A DNA stretch of 64,000 nucleotides from the NCBI GenBank assembly GCA_029717555.1, contig JAMDHS010000041.1, forward strand, positions 1 to 64,000, given 5' to 3'. This DNA is from Peribolospora baueri (Eukaryota). Below are positions 60,919-64,000 of this stretch, piece after piece. The first letter of the stretch is position 1. Each line of letters opens with the position of its first letter. The notes beneath the pieces were generated by a model. The model was not told the origin of the DNA. It saw nothing but the letters and a program-made list of their open reading frames with translations, and made no database searches. Position numbers and translations under genes: made by a program.

Positions 60919-63900
60919 CTAAAACAGAACGCCGCTCCTGAGCAATTCGGTGAACCACTCCGGCCCCTCCCCGTCCGCCTCGGCCTTCGCCTTGATCTTC
61001 GCCTCGTGCTTGGCCGTCTCGGCAGCGCACTTGGCGCACCAAGGTCTCCTCCACTTCGCTACACTGTTTCGGTTCACCAGAATTGGCTCGTCCATCCACG
61101 ACCGCGAAAGGAGCGTGGGCGAATCGACCCGCTTCCCTTTGCCGGCAACACCCTCCTCGCCGCCTTCTTCGAGAACGATACGGTTCCACAGGTCGTCAAA
61201 AGTGGTCTTGAACCCGGGGACTGTGTGATCAGCACCAGTCGGAGAGGTCTTCTCAGTGCCGAACGTCTGCCTCCACGCCTTCTTGCCTTCGCTTCCCCAC
61301 TGCCCATCGTAGATGTCCTGCATGACCACCTTTGCCCGCGATCGGCACTCCCATCCCATTTGCACCGCCCTTCCAGCGCCGCGCCGCGCATTTCGAGACG
61401 ACCACTCCGCCTGTTCCTTGACGTGTTCGGCTCCCTTTCTGGCTGAAGCAGTCGTGGAGAGCAGGAGGGCGGATAGGACGCGAGCGCTCGTGGCCAGAGC
61501 AGACGTGGTGGAGGAGAGGAGAGGCCAGAGTATGTTGCGCCACATGAGCTGAGCTTGCTCGTACAACTGCACGGCGGCATCCTTGGCAGAGGAGAATGTT
61601 GTGTTGACGGCAACGGCGGCGGCTTTGACGATGGGAGAGATGTAGAGATCCACGTATTTACGTCCGTCGTCAAAAATCTGGGTTGTATTCGGACCCTCAC
61701 TGACAGTGCGTGACGTAGAAGGTTCGACGGCCTCTTGCAAACTGTCGTCACCCTCTCTGTCCGACGAACGGGAATCCGACAGGCTGACTTCGTCTTTTAC
61801 CGCCACCGGCGTCGACTCGGACGAGGTCACATCATCGCCGCTGCGAGTCTTGCCCGCAGTATCAGCAGGAGGCCAAGCAAAATCGAAAGTACCGCTCGCG
61901 CCGTCCATCTCCTTCGACTTGTCTTTAGTCAGCTCGCAGATATTCGGCCTCCGGTCCATGGTCGACTTCGCACAGAAGCGCGAGATCGCTTGGCCGAACG
62001 CGGTAGACAGTTTGTCTTCCGAGGCGCTGTCTCCCTTAGGCCAGGCGGGATGGAGGCCAAACATGTGAGAAGTCCCCACGTCTGTAGCTGCGGGGTCCTT
62101 AAACATGCCACCAATGAGGGCAATGATGAGTGCGGCGGCGCCGAAAGCAGCCACGATGGACGTCGCTGTCCACAAAGTTAAGGGTTTGCGGTCTACGAAG
62201 CTACTGGTGAAGCGGTTGTTCTTGCTACTCGAGGAACTGCTGCCGCGTCTGGCGCTGGTGCCGCTCACAGCAGAAAATTTGGACTGAATCATCTCGCAGG
62301 CAGCGAGATGACCGGCGTCACTGGGCGGGCGCGAAGGGTCCACGAGGTTAGTGCCGACCGTGTGCAAGCCAGCCGCCCATGACGAGACTTTGGCGGCCGC
62401 GGATAAGGCGGTGGATGAGGACAGCTGCCGGCTCGGCGCCTTGGCCTTGGCTTCTGTCTCGTTGTCGTCATCGGCGTTACGGAGGGACGCGCCAGGCTTG
62501 GGCAAGACCTCGCCGACGTTAACAAGTTCCTTGACAATCCCAGCCACAGCAGCGACCTCCTCGTCTCGCATGGCGCAGAAATGACCGACGGCCCAGACCC
62601 GCCCGGGAACAGGAACAATCTCGACGAGATTCCCCGGGTGGACAAAGGCACAAGAGTCCTTGACCCTTCTCCACTCGCGTGCCGCCATTTGAAGCTCTAG
62701 AGCCAATTCGAGGGCTTCAACTTCGCGCTGGTCCGAACGAGAGTCCGAGCTGGTGTCGAAGCTGCTTAGACTGATGTCTTCGGCGTCAGAAGGCAATGGC
62801 GAAGACAGGGAAGAGAGCGTAGGGCTTGGCGAGCCGCCGGACAAAACTAGACGGCGTAGGCTGCTTCCCGTCTCGGCGGCGTTGTCCGCGTTACCAGCCG
62901 CAAAAGATTGTGAGGAATTCGGCGACGGCTCGCCCCCGTCGAGGTTGTTGGGAAGAGCGGGAAGGACGATGGGGAGAAGACGGAGGTCAATCATGTGGCC
63001 CCTTCCTGCTTCAAGACCATGAATCGAATGGAGCATGGCGTGTAGCTGGTTCTCCAAGGCGTCCGCCCACTCGTTCTTCTCCATCCAGCAGATGGCCAGG
63101 ACGCCGTACTCCCTCGTGTCCAGGCGCGGAACGAGAGACTCCAACAAGGTCCGTGGAGACAGGAGCTTGCTACGCACGCACTCTCCGAGCTGGGCGGCAC
63201 CGGGAGCAGAAAGCGGTATGGTGGCGTCTAAAGCGTGGAGGGTGAGCGACGGCGTGATGGACTCCTTCGAGCCCTTATGCTCTTTGCCTCCAAGCAACGT
63301 GAAGGGTTGGACAAGCCCCAAGAGCCGCCCACCGAGCCCATTGTCGGACTGTCCTTCGGAATTGTGACGAGAGCCGGCGTTCGCGGCCCCGGCGCCGAAA
63401 CCATATCGCTCGAGGCGGGCATCGGAATAGAGGTCGCAGGCACGCCAGTCTTTCACCTTGTTCGATTCGTCGGGGGAGCAGCTGGTGCAATACTCCCGAG
63501 CAAGGACTTCGTCCGCATCAACAGCACGGTCAACCCCTTTTTGACCGAGGACCAACGTAATAAGCATGCTTGTGACCTTGTCCTTTAGCGAAGGAAACGG
63601 CATGGAGCCAAGATGAATGATCCTCAAGGAAGCGGGAAGATTCGCGTGCGCATGCACCCTCGAAGCAGCCTGCCGCAGGAATCAGGGAGGATGTGGAAAA
63701 AAAATGCATACGGAAACATTAGAGTTAGTGATCGCCAGATTCGGCACGAAACGCACACTGACTCTGTCAACCTTGCTGTCTTTGCCGAAAAGAGCGGCCG
63801 TTCGACGGTCGACGCTGACGGTGAGATGCGAGGTGCCTTCACTGGATTCCTCGCCCCCAATGGTGGACGTCGCCTTGGATTTGCCAGCGATGGACTGCTT

Positions 63901-64000
63901 GCAGGAAGAGAGGTGGCTCGGAAGGCCACATCTGCTGCCGAGCGGTGTCGCGTCGTCACTTCCGGCGGCACGAATCGTGTTTGCCGAGCTTTCCACACCG
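60919..64000 (-). CDS. Large hypothetical single-pass membrane protein (5' end beyond window)
   Basis: 912-aa ORF with one hydrophobic segment (LWTATSIVAAFGAAALIIALIGGMF). Probably spliced (GTGCGT..CAG, ~63756-63670) to an upstream exon that stays open to the window edge. Confidence 0.7.

Overview
GC-rich, intron-containing eukaryotic DNA with GT..AG introns and CTGAC/CTAAC-type branch points. It comes from a basidiomycete fungus, most likely a smut-type (Ustilaginomycotina) species, judging from protein similarity by eye. About 19 host genes can be reconstructed by splicing: a FlbA/Sst2-like RGS protein, a secreted repeat-peptide precursor, an IF-2B-family protein, an ING/PHD protein, frequenin/NCS-1, an AsaB/CmcJ-like oxygenase, a secreted alpha/beta hydrolase, an NDUFA4/B12D-like protein, STI1/HOP, an AFG1-like ATPase, an AttM/AiiA-like lactonase, a GH16 glucanase, two paralogous FAD oxidoreductases, pICln/Lot5, exportin-T (Los1) and three unknowns. 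The stand-out feature is a ~3.4 kb intronless, compositionally distinct insert (~46.7-50.15 kb) between the two FAD-oxidoreductase paralogues. It carries fragments of a very divergent RNA polymerase beta/Rpb2-like gene and two diverged, tail-to-tail copies of a D5-like superfamily-3 helicase gene. I read it as a relic of a DNA virus or virus-like element with its own transcription and replication machinery. Its junctions contain templated filler DNA, and the two helicase copies share a 339-bp perfectly homogenised inverted tract. A second highlight is a Kex2/Ste13-type secreted precursor of three Gly-rich hydrophobic peptides (8380-9269). All calls rest on motif recognition by eye; no database searches were run and exon boundaries are manual.
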